Shown here: positions 1-11,772 of the stretch, in pieces
Numbering within the stretch: position 1 is the stretch's first letter
Layout: each line of letters opens with the position of its first letter
Origin: Macrostomum lignano
Taxonomy: Eukaryota
Length of the DNA: 25,013 nt
NCBI GenBank assembly: GCA_002269645.1
Contig: NIVC01003417.1
Coordinates: forward strand, 1-25,013
Direction of reading: 5' to 3'
Translations under genes and position numbers: made by a program
Notes under the pieces: generated by a model
Databases searched by the model: none
The model's input: the letters and a program-made list of their open reading frames with translations, nothing else
What the model was told of the DNA's origin: nothing

Positions 1-438
1 TCGCTTTTAACTCAAGCTCCAGACCTGAAGCGGCCGGTGTCACATGTCATGCTGGTCGAGATTTGGTGCTGGTTGCGCTCGTCTGGAAGGAAGCTGGACC
101 GCTTCCTGCAAGACAAGTTCTCATCGGTCAGTTTCCGCAGCTCAGCGTTCTCAGTCCGCAGCCTACACCGCGGGTGTGCGCCCTGGGCTTCAGTGCAAGT
201 CTTGCCCGTCCCCGACATCAAGAGCATCGCGGTACCTGCCTCAGTTTCACCGGGTGGTAGAGGCGGATGTCCACTTCGCCGCTGGAGTTTCAGCTCCAAT
301 TTTAGTGCGAAAGACTTTCGTTTTTCTTTTTGGTTTTTCTTTCCCCTTCCTCAGTTTTTCTTTTCTTTGCTTTGGTTTGGAGGCTTTTGCGTGCTTCTTA
401 GCCATGTTCGGTGTTTTCTGGACTGGTTCACTAAGGAC

Positions 439-440
<2 letters not shown>

Positions 441-470
<30 letters not shown>
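441..470. repeat. (TG)15 microsatellite
   Basis: Perfect dinucleotide run. Confidence 0.98.
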
Positions 471-471
<1 letters not shown>

Positions 472-3030
472 ACCTGTGCAAATTAACCGGCTTTACTGAT
501 CAGTCCAGATGCGTTATATCTATCCCCCGCCCTCCTGCCCCTCTGCCTCGTGCGCATGCTTGTACTCATGCTCTTCGGAGGAGGGAGGTTGGTGCTGGTT
601 TGAGGTGGTGGGCCTCCATCTAGTTTTAAAGGTCTGCATGCATTGTGCCCCTGCGGTTTATTGAATTTTTATTTTTTTTACTTTTTATTGTGTGCTATAT
701 TTCCGCTTGCATGCTTGACAAAATTTTATTGCTTAATTAATTTTCTTTTAACTTCCGTTCCTCCCGAATTGCACAAATAAACGGCGCTTTGTATTGTTTG
801 GATCACGAACTACTTTTGCGGGCCTTCGCTGACTTTGAAAGCTGAATTCGCTGACTAGAAAAGCTAATTCTTCGAAATCTCTCAATCCTATTATAGCCAG
901 ATGGTCAATCTGCATTTTCTGTGCTTTATTAGTTGAGAACTCTTAAGAAAGTCGAATTGTTCTGACAGCCTCGGAACGTGGTTAATGCGAGCCTGCATGA
1001 TCGATCGTCCGATATTCGATTAAGATACTTTCGTGGCTTCGACCTAATAGTCCTCTTTCAGAAGCCAGCTTTTTTGTGACTGCGCAGTCATTTAGTTCAA
1101 TCTGGCAGCAGTTCGATATTAGAGTCTGATCCAAACGCTGATATGCAGTGTTTTGAGATGAAAATTTACAGTCGAATTTAATCTTCATATTTTTCGTGCA
1201 ATTACGAGCTCGAGCGTTTTAATTCACGTAAGTTTATTTTGTCCGTTCACTTGCATTTTTGGGTAATTGCGAGCTGGAAATATAGTTTACCATGTCGTTA
1301 AAATCTCGTATTTTTAATGAGCGGATTAACAATTTAGTGAAGAAGTTTCCATAGTTATTTTCCATAGGCGACATCGCCAGGGGTGCCTTCCTAGGGTCGT
1401 CATTCCCAGGAGCGCCATACCAAGAGGCTTTCCCACGGGCACTGAAGCTGCTGCAATTAATTAGGTGGTGCCACATGTTTATGCTATAGTCCTACCTAGC
1501 AGACACAACATTTTAGAAGTGAATTCAGGAAAATAAATGATGACGGGACAGTGTTCTCATTCCTAAAAAATTCTTATAATGCTAGAATATAAAATTTAGG
1601 ATTTTTAGCTACAGCTAATGGATGAACGCCTATTAGAGATTCAAGTTTAATCTACAAACTCTACGAAAACACAACCTGCAGAGACGTACGTTCTTTGAAG
1701 CAAGACTTTCAGTCCGATATTTTTCCCAGAAACGTGCTCTCACCTGCGCAGTTAGGTAGAGCTCATCGTGCTTTTCTATCTTTCAATTTAGTAATCACTG
1801 GTGTATGAAATGCTTTTTAATTAAATAGCGTCGACTCGTGTTTGACTGACATTCAAAGGGGGAGCGAGCCATCAGCGAAGTTATCCGCTAATTCATCAGA
1901 GAGTGGGGAAAAAATTGCATTTGAAGCTGGGAGTCTACGCGCGTGCATGCGTAAATAAATAAATTTTCGCTGGAGCATTGTGGGCTACCCTGGCGCATCC
2001 TTCCCGCAACCAGCACTGCGCGGAGGCAACTCCAGCGTACCATTCCACTGATTCATGAGCATACAAGCGCCAATACTGTAGGCAGGCACACGTTCTTAGA
2101 CGCAAAGGTCATCGTCACGTCAGCGCGATCGGATTATTTAGGCAGGTTTTTTTAATGCATTCAAGTGCTATTTAAACAGACAGACAACACGAGCGCCATC
2201 TGCCCATAATTTCCATCAGATGCAGCAGTATGTCATCAATAGTTAATAATCAACAGATAAGTACTCCTTTGCTGTAGCTGTAATGCTACCCGAGCCCAGT
2301 ATGTATAGGGGAGCTCACTGGGTGCTTTTATTCACAGCAATCTACATATAATCTTCTCTATATATCATTATACAGGCTAAATTGCATGCACTATTTAAGA
2401 TCAATTCTGGTGAAAAGGAATTCCTGCAATTGCTATTTGGCTAACAACTTGCCTATCGGGGTGAGACATTCTGTCAGTTTAGTGGATATAAATCAGATGT
2501 CAACTTGAATGACTAAAGAATCTATTAAACTAGGTCATTCGACGCGAACTTTGGTACGAGTACAGCCATGCAGCTGAGCGAGCATTTGCACTTTTATAAT
2601 ACAGAATTTTCGAATGCATTTTCATCATCTTATTCGAAAATAAATATAATGTACCGGATCGGAGATACTCAATAGCCTTGGGAGTGTAAATTACGCAGAA
2701 ACAAAGAAAATTTTCTAATAAAGTGCATTGCTTGTAAACTGATGCGATTGAGATGGACAATGGGGCGAGAAGTGTAGCTAATCTGACTAGCGTGACCATG
2801 ATTGATGCACCGGTTAATACAATGGATAAATAATCACATATTACCCATTGCTAGCTTCTGGTTGTTCTCACCTACATGTAAGGTTTTCTGGCTTCTGCAG
2901 AGAGACAAATATGGGGTTTTTAATGTTCTGACTCTTCATGATCGACTGTTTGATAAAGTTGTCTCTACATTGTAGATTGCTTTCCGTGACAATAAAAAAA
3001 GCGAGTGCGATACCTGAATAGTTTCAAACG

Positions 3031-3659
3031 TCAATTATCAATTATCAAGTATCAATTATCAATTATCAATTATCAAGTATCAAATATCAAATATCAAGTA
3101 TCAAATATCCAGTATCAAATATCAAGTATCAAATATCAAGTATCAAATATCAAGTATCAAATATCAAGTATCAAATATCAAGTATCAAATATCCAGTATC
3201 AAATATCCAGTATCAAATATCAAGTATCAAATATCAAGTATCAAATATCAAGTATCAAGTATCAAGTATCAAATATCAAGTATCAAATATCAAGTATTAA
3301 GTATCAAAAATAAAGTATCAAATATCAAGTATCAAATATCAAGTATCAAATATCAAGTATCAAATATCAAGTATCAAATATCAAGTATTAAGTATCAAAT
3401 ATCAAGTATCAAATATCAAGTATCAAATATCAAGTATCAAATATCAAGTATCAAGTATCAAGTATCAAATATCAAGTATCAAATATCAAGTATCAAATAT
3501 CAAGTATCAAATATCAAGTATCAAGTATCAAGTATCAAGTATCAAGTATCAAATATCAAGTATCAAATATCAAGTATCAAATATCAAGTATCAAATATTA
3601 AGTATCAAATATCAAGTGTTAAGTATCAAGCATCAAGCACCAACCATCAAGTATCAAAT
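3031..3659. repeat. 14-bp minisatellite (ATCAAGT-ATCAAAT)n built from 7-bp subunits
   Basis: Directly visible; about 630 bp, with ATCAATT subunits at the left edge and degenerate copies at the right edge. Confidence 0.97.
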
Positions 3660-5771
3660 GAGTTTTGTTAGACTGCGACAATCAGTAAGAGTACACGATA
3701 GAAAAAATGCAGCTTCTCGCGAGAGAGAGCCTGAATATTGGGGCAAGGCTGAATCCAAGCAACACAGCAGGAACATAATTTGAAAATTGCCGAAAAAAGT
3801 GGTTAATAAAAGACCGAAGCTTTTCCCGAAATTCATAATTAAAATGCCCCATCCGGAGGCTTCCAGCAACAGTTATAATTTGCACCTATGCAAGGCTTGA
3901 ATTGCAATCTCTCGCTTTGATCGGTGAGGCGTTGAGTTGAGAGAAATTAAAAAAACAGCCGGCAGAGCACGCTCGGAGAGGGCGGAAGCTGAGCTGACAA
4001 TTTCTGGAACAGCACAGGAAAGCCAAGTTGACAGCTCATCATCCATCGGCACTCGCAGGGAAACAGTCAATCTCGCCGCGTGTTGTCACTTGCTGTTCGT
4101 CTTAGGATGAGGCACTTCCGGAACTTCCGGTACAGCTGGGGCGCCGTTGAAATGCTCAAAAAAGCTTTTGACAGTAAGATTCAAATTGAGTGCCGGACAG
4201 AGGTGATAATGGGTCTTCAGAGGTCGAGTCCTCCTTAAAAATGTTCGCTCGCGTTCATGAAGCGAACCGAAGATGATCTCAGAAACAGCTCGATACGCTC
4301 CATGTGCTATTTATTTAAGATTAAAAGATTTTTCAGCTCAATCACGATGGTATGTAAAACTTTTGGATTTCCATAAGGTGTTTCAAAAATTAAGAGTATC
4401 TCAAAGTTTATTGGGGGGCTTCGCCCCGCTAACAGCCTGATATCAGAAACCCACAACAATACGGACACGAAACCGAAAAAACCGAAAGAAAATTTTTTTA
4501 TTTCCAAGAAAAAATTGCGAAAATTGGTGCGTGCAAATTTCTGTTTCACATAAAACAACTTTACATGTGCAGGACGAACACACGATATGGCCAGCTGAAG
4601 CAGAATGAATGATGCTGCGACACTCGAAAATCGTGCAAATCTGGTTGGAGGCCTTAAGTTCCGGTTTTTTCAACACTAAATTCCCTTCATCTCACCTTCT
4701 GAACTTTCGAGAATCCAGAGAAAATCCATCCTAAAAATTACACTAAAGAGGCACAAAATCACGCCTTGCCTTGAATGGAATTTGGAAATCCAGAAAGTGA
4801 GATATCGGGAATTTAGTGCTGAAAAATTCAAAACATCCCATCTAGCGAGATTGGCACGAATTGCAACTGCATCGCATCGTCATTTTGCTACAGCTTCCAT
4901 AGATGGACGAAACAGTGATGGTGCTGTGACACTGACTCAAGCTAAAAAACAAACACAAACAGATGCAGCGAAACTTGAACCAAAAAGTACTTTATATTGC
5001 ACAAAACTACAAATACAAAAATATAGAAAACACAATTCCTCCATGCTCAGTAACCATTCGTAATCAAAAGCGTTTTTGTGCATGAAAAATCTGCGAAAAT
5101 CGAAGATGACTCTCCAGCCTCTTTGATGGGGATTGAAAATAACCAAAAGGCCAAAGTGAAAGCTAAAGTTATCAACTGTTCATCAATAAGGCCTGATCAG
5201 TTGAGTAGATAAAAGAGTCGAATATGATAGAAGTACATCGACAAATTTTCCTTCCAACCCACACAGAATCGAGGATAAAATCTTTAGGAGCTGATTCTAA
5301 ACTGATCGATCTGGGAGCTTGGCCTGTGATCAAGGACTAAAGGAGATTTTACAAAAAAAACACAGAATCTCCATGAAGCTGCTTTGACTCGATTCAATCT
5401 GTCAGTGCATGACTGTCAGTGGTGTGCGGATTAAATATCTGTTTCTTTCCCGGGACTTTTGCGATTCATTGCCACCCCCCCCCCCTGTAACCATCATCTA
5501 AACGGGTTGACTGATTGAAATTTCTGTAAACCCTCACAAGACTATTATTTACTATGAACCTGTAAAATATTGAACCCACGGACGCGTAAATGACAGGACT
5601 TTCTGGGTCACCCGTGATACGCTCGATATTCCCTGTTCAAGCGTAAGGCACAATCCCCAACTCCATTTTAACGTTGGAATAGAACCAGAGGTCGTTTGCA
5701 TTTGCAAATGCAAACATGCATTTGGTGGACCCCAAAACGGCTCGAAAATGATGCAAAACAGAACGGGAACC

Positions 5772-6748
5772 TCAGTGCGACTCAGAAGAAGCTGCCTCAG
5801 CCGCATCCTCTTCTTGGGGCGTCTTCGTTGCTACCGGCACCAGCCGCAGCGCCTGGTCCCCGGCTGATCCGCCTTCGGCGACGTCCCCGCGGCTGCGGCT
5901 GCTCGACCGGCGCAATCGGGACGCCCCGCAGGCCAGCTCTCCTCCTCGGCCGCCAATGAGGCCTCGGCGGCCGATGTCGCCGCCGAAGCGTCGCCCGCAG
6001 AAGCAGCCGACGATGGCCTGGAAGACGGCCAGGTAGCCGGCGCTGAACTCGCGATTCGACACGCCGTAGACCAAGAAATTGACGGTGGAGTTGAAGTGGG
6101 CCAGCAGCAGGCAGTAGGCGTGCAGCTGAGCCGGCAGCCGGTTCTCCGGATCCGACACGATCACCGTGGCGTAGGGCGTCCACGTGACCACCAGCACGGC
6201 GAACACCATGAACAGGGTGCGCGCCAGGCGGAATGAAGCCGATGAGGAGCTCCAGCTGCCCCAGCTGCTACCACCGCCGCCGCCGCCACCACCACTGATG
6301 TCACCGCTCCGACGAACCACCGGCGCGGGCTTGCGAAGCCGCCGCCTGGACGAGCGAAAGTGCAGAAAGATGCGGGCGTAGCAGAACGCGATCACCAGGC
6401 AGGGGGCGCAGACGCCGCAGAGGGAGAAGAACACGGTGTAGGTGCGCGAGGCCAGCCGGTCCCACAGACACGCGAAACTCTTGCGATCGTATGAGTGGCC
6501 GCGCCAGCCGATGAAGTTGGGCGACTCAAGCAGGAAGCTGGCCACCCACAGGCCCAGGCAGGCGCACAGAGTGCTACGCTGTGTGTAGATCCGATCGTAG
6601 TGCCGCGTGTGGCAGATGTGCACGTACCTGTTGACTGCGATGGCTCCGATGGTGAGCAGTGAGCAATAGCAGGAGGTCAGGCACACGGCGGCCACAACTT
6701 CGCATAGGACGGGCCGATTCTCGAAGTAGATCTCGCCGTGTAGGATAC
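5772..6748 (-). CDS. Class A GPCR coding exon 4: TM3-TM7 and C-tail, melatonin-receptor-like
   Basis: Acceptor TTCGCTCAG| (AG 6750-6749), stop TGA 5774-5772. Motifs: TM3 Cys (LCEVV), NRY in place of DRY followed by VHIC, TM4 Trp, ECL2 Cys (SFACLW), TM5 Pro and CYARIF, TM6 TWTPY, TM7 NSTVNFLVYG, helix 8 NREF, and a CFC candidate palmitoylation site. NRY..IC is characteristic of melatonin-type receptors. The ligand cannot be assigned from sequence. Confidence 0.95.
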
Positions 6749-7511
6749 CTGAGCGAAGTTTCGTTATGAGCTGTGCCTATAGGTTTCAAAGTACATGCAT
6801 AAAGGACTTCAGGTCAAGCGTTAGCAGAGTGATGAAATGCTAATACAGAGGCTTAATTAGTTTTCTATGAGCTGATTGCACGGGAAGATTTGAGAATGGT
6901 GTGATTTCTGGCAGAACTCGTCTCAAAGCTCATTACAGTGGAATAATTCTCTCTGAAAGCTCCTCTTTTATCTTTGTGGTGACTGAAAGGCCGTCTTCGG
7001 TAAAAGCCTCAATAAAGGAAGCAGCACCTGGGGTACTCAAAGGGGGGGGATTATCGCTAATAAACAAATAAAAGCTGCCATGTTTCCGGCAACGCTCAGA
7101 AAGAGCCGCATTCACTGGGGTGTAAGGCATTGGAGCCCTGATTAGCGGGCTGCTGGTGCGGAGGGCTCAGCTGAAGCGAAGGTAGAGACAAGAGGAGCTT
7201 AAAAGGGCTAGAAATTAAGAAGGGCGAGAGCTGCTAAAAGCCGACAGAAGAAGATGGCAGTCAAATTCCTTTTTTTAGAAGGGCTTCTTCTGTTTTGGGA
7301 GATCAGGGAAAATTGAACTGAAAATATTGAGTAATGCAGAAAGAAAGAAATGAGAGACATTAATGAGAGGCACGAAAGGCAGGTAATTAATTACCTGCTT
7401 GTTGTAATGTCCCATGTGTGTTTTAATGACACACCACACCTCGCCTGAGCAACTGACCAAATATAAACAGTTTTGAAAGCAGCGTTTAACGTCTGCACCG
7501 GCTGAACTCAC

Positions 7512-7602
7512 CAATAATGCCAAATGGATCAACGAACAGAGTGATGCACAGGTCCGCGACTGCCAGGTTCACGATGAAGTAATTGCCGATCTGCCGTAGT
7601 GA
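7512..7602 (-). CDS. Class A GPCR coding exon 3: ICL1-TM2 (SLRQIGNYFIVNLAVADLCITLFVDPFGIIG)
   Basis: Acceptor CATTTTAG| (AG 7604-7603) and donor G|GTGAGT (7511). 91 nt, phase 0 to phase 1. Carries the canonical TM2 NLAxAD motif and is frame-compatible with both neighbouring exons. Confidence 0.95.
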
Positions 7603-7634
7603 CTAAAATGAGAAAGTCTTTATTGCGTGTTTCC

Positions 7635-9110
7635 GTCTCATCATTCTCAATACTAGTCTCATCATGCTCAAGCTAGTCTCATCATGCTCAAGCTAGTCTC
7701 ATCATGCTCAAGCCTATTCTCACAATTCTCAATCCTAGTCTCATCATTGTCAAGACTAGTCTCATCATTCTGAAGCCTAGTCTCATCATTCTGAAGCCTA
7801 GTCTCATCATTTTCAAGACTAGTCTCATCATTCTCAAGCCTAGTCTCATCATTGTCAAGACTAGTCTCATCATTCTCAAGCCTAGTCTCATCATGCTCAA
7901 GCCTAGTCTCATCATTCTCAATCCTAGTCTCATCATGCTCAATCCTAGTCTTATCATGCTCAATCCTAGTCTCATCATGCTCAATCCTAGTCTTATCATG
8001 CTCAATCCTAGTCTCATCATGCTCAATCCTAGTCTCATCATGCTCAATCCTAGTCTCATCATGCTCAATCCTAGTCTCATCATGCTCAATCCTAGTCTCA
8101 TCATGCTCAAGCCTATTCTCACAATTCTCAATCTTAGTCTCATCATTGTCAAGACTAGTCTCATCATTCTCAAGCCTAGTCTCATCATGCTCAAGCTAGT
8201 CTCATCATGCTCAATCCCAGTCTCATCATTCTCAATCCTAGTCTCATCATTCTCAATACTAGTCTCATCATGCTCAAGCTAGTCTCATCATGCTCAAGCC
8301 TAGTCTCATCATGCTCAATCCTAGTCTCATCATTCTCAATCCTAGTCTCATCATGCTTAAGCCTAGTCTCATCAAGCTCAATCCTAGTCTCATCATGCTC
8401 AATCCTAGTCTCATCATTCTCAATCCTAGTCTCATCATGCTTAAGCCTAGTCTCATCAAGCTCAATCCTAGTCTCATCATGCTCAATCCTAGTCTCATCA
8501 TGCTCAATCCTAGTCTCATCATGCTCAAGCCTAGTCTCATCATGCTCAATCCTAGTCTCATCATTCTCAATACTAGTCTCATCATGCTCAATCCTAGTCT
8601 CATCATGCTCAATCCTAGTCTCATCATGCTCAATCCTAGTCTCATCATTCTCAATCCTAGTCTCATCATGCTTAAGCCTAGTCTCATCAAGCTCAATCCT
8701 AGTCTCATCATGCTCAATCCTAGTCTCATCATGCTCAAGCTTAGTCTCATCAAGCTCAATCCTAGTCTCATCATGCTCAATCCTAGTCTCATCATGCTCA
8801 AGCTAGTCTCATCATGCTCAATCCTAGTCTCATCATGCTCAATCCTAGTCTCATCATGCTCAATCCTAGTCTCATCATTCTCAAGCCTAGTCTCATCATG
8901 CTCAAGCCTATTCTCATCATGCTCAATCCTAGTCTCATCATTCTCAAGCCTAGTCTCATCATGCTCAAGCCTAGTCTCATCAAGCTCAATCCTAGTCTCA
9001 TCATGCTCAAGCCTAGTCTCATCATGCTCAAGCCTAGTCTCATCATGCTCAAGCCTAGTCTCATCATGCTCAAGCCTAGTCTCATCATGCTCAAGCCTAG
9101 TCTCACCATG
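7635..9110. repeat. 21-bp minisatellite CTAGTCTCATCATGCTCAA(G/T)C, about 70 copies, inside GPCR intron 2
   Basis: Directly visible, with occasional 20-bp units. Source of the artefactual MMRLGLS / LNPSLIM / HDETRLE ORFs. Confidence 0.98.
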
Positions 9111-9164
9111 CATAATTGTCATCAGAAGTAATTGAATTGAAATTTCTCTATTAAAAGTTCAAAC

Positions 9165-9259
9165 CTTCCGAAAAACAACAGCTAAGATGACCAGGACATT
9201 TCCTATGCTGCCGAGAGTTGTTCCGGTGAACAGAATCAACAGGCCAGGAAAAGTCACCT
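9165..9259 (-). CDS. Class A GPCR coding exon 2: TM1 (EVTFPGLLILFTGTTLGSIGNVLVILAVVFRK)
   Basis: Acceptor TTCGCAG| (AG 9261-9260) and donor AAG|GT (9164-9163). 95 nt, phase 1 to phase 0. Contains the rhodopsin-family TM1 GN motif (GNVLVILAV). Confidence 0.92.
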
Positions 9260-9445
9260 CTGCGAATGTCGGGAAATATTAAAGAGGCAATTTAAAAAGA
9301 TTAGCTAATGCATTCATGACCCAATCAATCTGCATACGTCTAGCTAATGGGGTCTAAACCTGGAAGCAAAGAGTTACCAGCAAATCCCTGTCCCCAGACC
9401 AATCTGAATAATGCATTAAAACACAAAATTAATCAAGGAACTCAC

Positions 9446-9512
9446 CGGGCATGACATAAAGAAGACTCTCCTTTGTGTAGTTGTATGAGACTCCTAATCC
9501 AGAGATGTCCAT
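9446..9512 (-). CDS. Class A GPCR (melatonin-receptor-like), coding exon 1 of 4: N-terminus MDISGLGVSYNYTKESLLYVMP
   Basis: ATG at 9512-9510. The exon ends CCC G|GTGAGT (phase 1 donor at 9445) and encodes an N-Y-T glycosylation sequon typical of GPCR N-termini. It joins exon 2 in frame (G+AG = Glu). Full join(9512-9446, 9259-9165, 7602-7512, 6748-5772) = 1230 nt = 409 aa plus stop. The 15 nt between the upstream acceptor (AG 9529-9528) and the ATG are in frame without a stop, so a longer N-terminus is not excluded. Confidence 0.8.
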
Positions 9513-9540
9513 TCCACAGAGCGGCACCTGCTATGACTTG

Positions 9541-9857
9541 AGGAGAGGAGAGGAGTGGAGAGGAGAGGAGAGGAGAGGAGAGGAGAGGAGAGGAGAGGAG
9601 AGGAGAGGAGAGGAGAGGAGAGGAGAGGAGAGGAGAGGAGAGGAGAGGAGAGGAGAGGAGAGGAGAGGAGAGGAGAGGAGAGGAGACGAGACGAGACGAG
9701 AGGAGAGGAGAGGAGAGGAGAGGAGAGGAGAGGAGAGGAGAGGAGAGGAGAGGAGAGGAGAGGAGAGGAGAGGAGAGGAGAGGAGAGGAGAGGAGAGGAG
9801 ACGAGACGAGAGAAGAGGAGAGGAGAGGAGAGGGGAGAGGAGAGGGGGAGAGGAGAA
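9541..9857. repeat. (GAGGA)n homopurine pentanucleotide array
   Basis: About 317 bp, interrupted by a few GAGAC units. Confidence 0.98.
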
Positions 9858-9932
9858 GCGCCATCGCTGAACATGTGCTCAACAGTTTCCTTAGCAGACA
9901 GTAAAAGTTAGCCACACAATCCGAAGCTCAGG

Positions 9933-10569
9933 AATCGGGGGAACTGCCATGGTTTACAATCGGGAACTGCCATGGTTTACAATCGGGAACTGCCATGGTT
10001 TACAATCGGGAACTGCCATGGTTTACAATCGGGAACTGCCATGGTTTACAATCGGGAACTGCCATGGTTTACAATCGGGAACTGCCATGGTTTACAATCG
10101 GGAACTGCTATGGTTTACAATCGGGAACTGCCATGGTTTACAATCGGGAACTGCTATGGTTTACAATCGGGAACTGCCATGGTTTACAATCGGGAACTGC
10201 CATGGTTTACAATCGGGAAATGCCATGGTTTACAATCGGGAACTGCCATGGTTTACAATCGGGGGAACTGCCGTGGTTTACAATCGGGGGAACTACCGTG
10301 GTTTACAATCGGGAACTGCCATGGTTTACAATCGGGGGAACTGCCGTGGTTTACAATCGGGGGAACTGCCGTGGTTTACAATCGGGGGAACTGCCGTGGT
10401 TTACAATCGGGGGAACTGCCATGGTTTACAATCGGGAACTGCCATGGTTTACAATCGGGGGAACTGCCGTGGTTTACAATCGGGAACTGCCATGGCTTAC
10501 AATCGGGAACTGCCATGGTTTACAATCGGGAACTGCCATGGTTTACAATCGGGAACTGCCATGGTTACA
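9933..10569. repeat. 23-bp minisatellite GGGAACTGCCATGGTTTACAATC with 25-bp variants, about 27 copies
   Basis: Directly visible; the GGGGG and CCGTGG variants cluster at about 10260-10470. Confidence 0.98.
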
Positions 10570-11106
10570 ACTTACAAGAAGATTATAATGATTAGCAAAG
10601 CAAGCAGTGTATTGCCGCTTTCTTGTGCAAACAAAACTTAGTCTTTTACCTGTCTGCAAACGCGAAATGAAGGCTCTAAGAATTAAGTTGATGAAGCTGC
10701 AGCCTCTATTGGATTTCCAGACGGAGCTCCGACTGAAGCAGCCAGTATTATTGCACCGAGTAAGGCGACTCAAAATTTTACAGCTCTAGCGTGCCTTTCC
10801 TACCCTTGAGCTGCGATTGGTCAGTGTTGAGCAATAGAAATTTTCAAATACATGAAATTTACAGCCTGAATTTTTCAATAGACAGAATCCGTTCTGTTCG
10901 GTTATTGATGGAAGTGGATTTGATTGAAATTGTTTAAACTCACCGAATAGGAATAGAGCTGGAGGCCCGGAGCAGGTGTCTGAGAGGTGTTAATCATATT
11001 TATTGCTCGAGAATCGCTATAAGAAGCGGAGTTATTGAAAAAGAAACAAGACACGTGTTGGCTCAGGATTTATGCCTTCAGATGGAACATTTCAGATTTA
11101 GAATGA

Positions 11107-11772
<666 letters not shown>

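Noticed and set aside
1234-1476. GKASWYG resembling the RlpA/DPBB motif
   Set aside because: Seven-residue match only; the following conserved residues and the rest of the fold are absent.
1976-2051. Possible terminal exon IVGYPGASFPQPALRGGNSSVPFH joining 1368-1464
   Set aside because: It needs a rare GAG acceptor, and phase compatibility has a 1-in-3 chance.
3005-3313. IKYQVSN-repeat ORF
   Set aside because: Translation of the 7/14-bp array.
3654-4320. Fragmentary ORFs (e.g. HFNYEFREKLRSF, loosely like GPCR helix 8) and tandem ACTTCCGG ETS-like sites at 4114-4130
   Set aside because: No continuous frame without invoking indels, no TM motifs or convincing splice sites, and no gene to assign the motifs to.
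4330-4800. Possible MITE remnant (AAACCGAAAAAACCG motifs, 10-bp inverted match at 4364-4373 / 4783-4792)
   Set aside because: The inverted match is too short, with no target-site duplication or definable ends.
5696-6789. Overlapping + strand ORFs and alternative frames over the GPCR exon
   Set aside because: Shadow ORFs of GC-rich coding sequence.
7688-9135. Long ORFs (MMRLGLS, LNPSLIM, HDETRLE, LVSSCSI repeats)
   Set aside because: Translations of a 21-bp minisatellite, open on both strands and frameshifted by 20-bp units, lying inside a GPCR intron.
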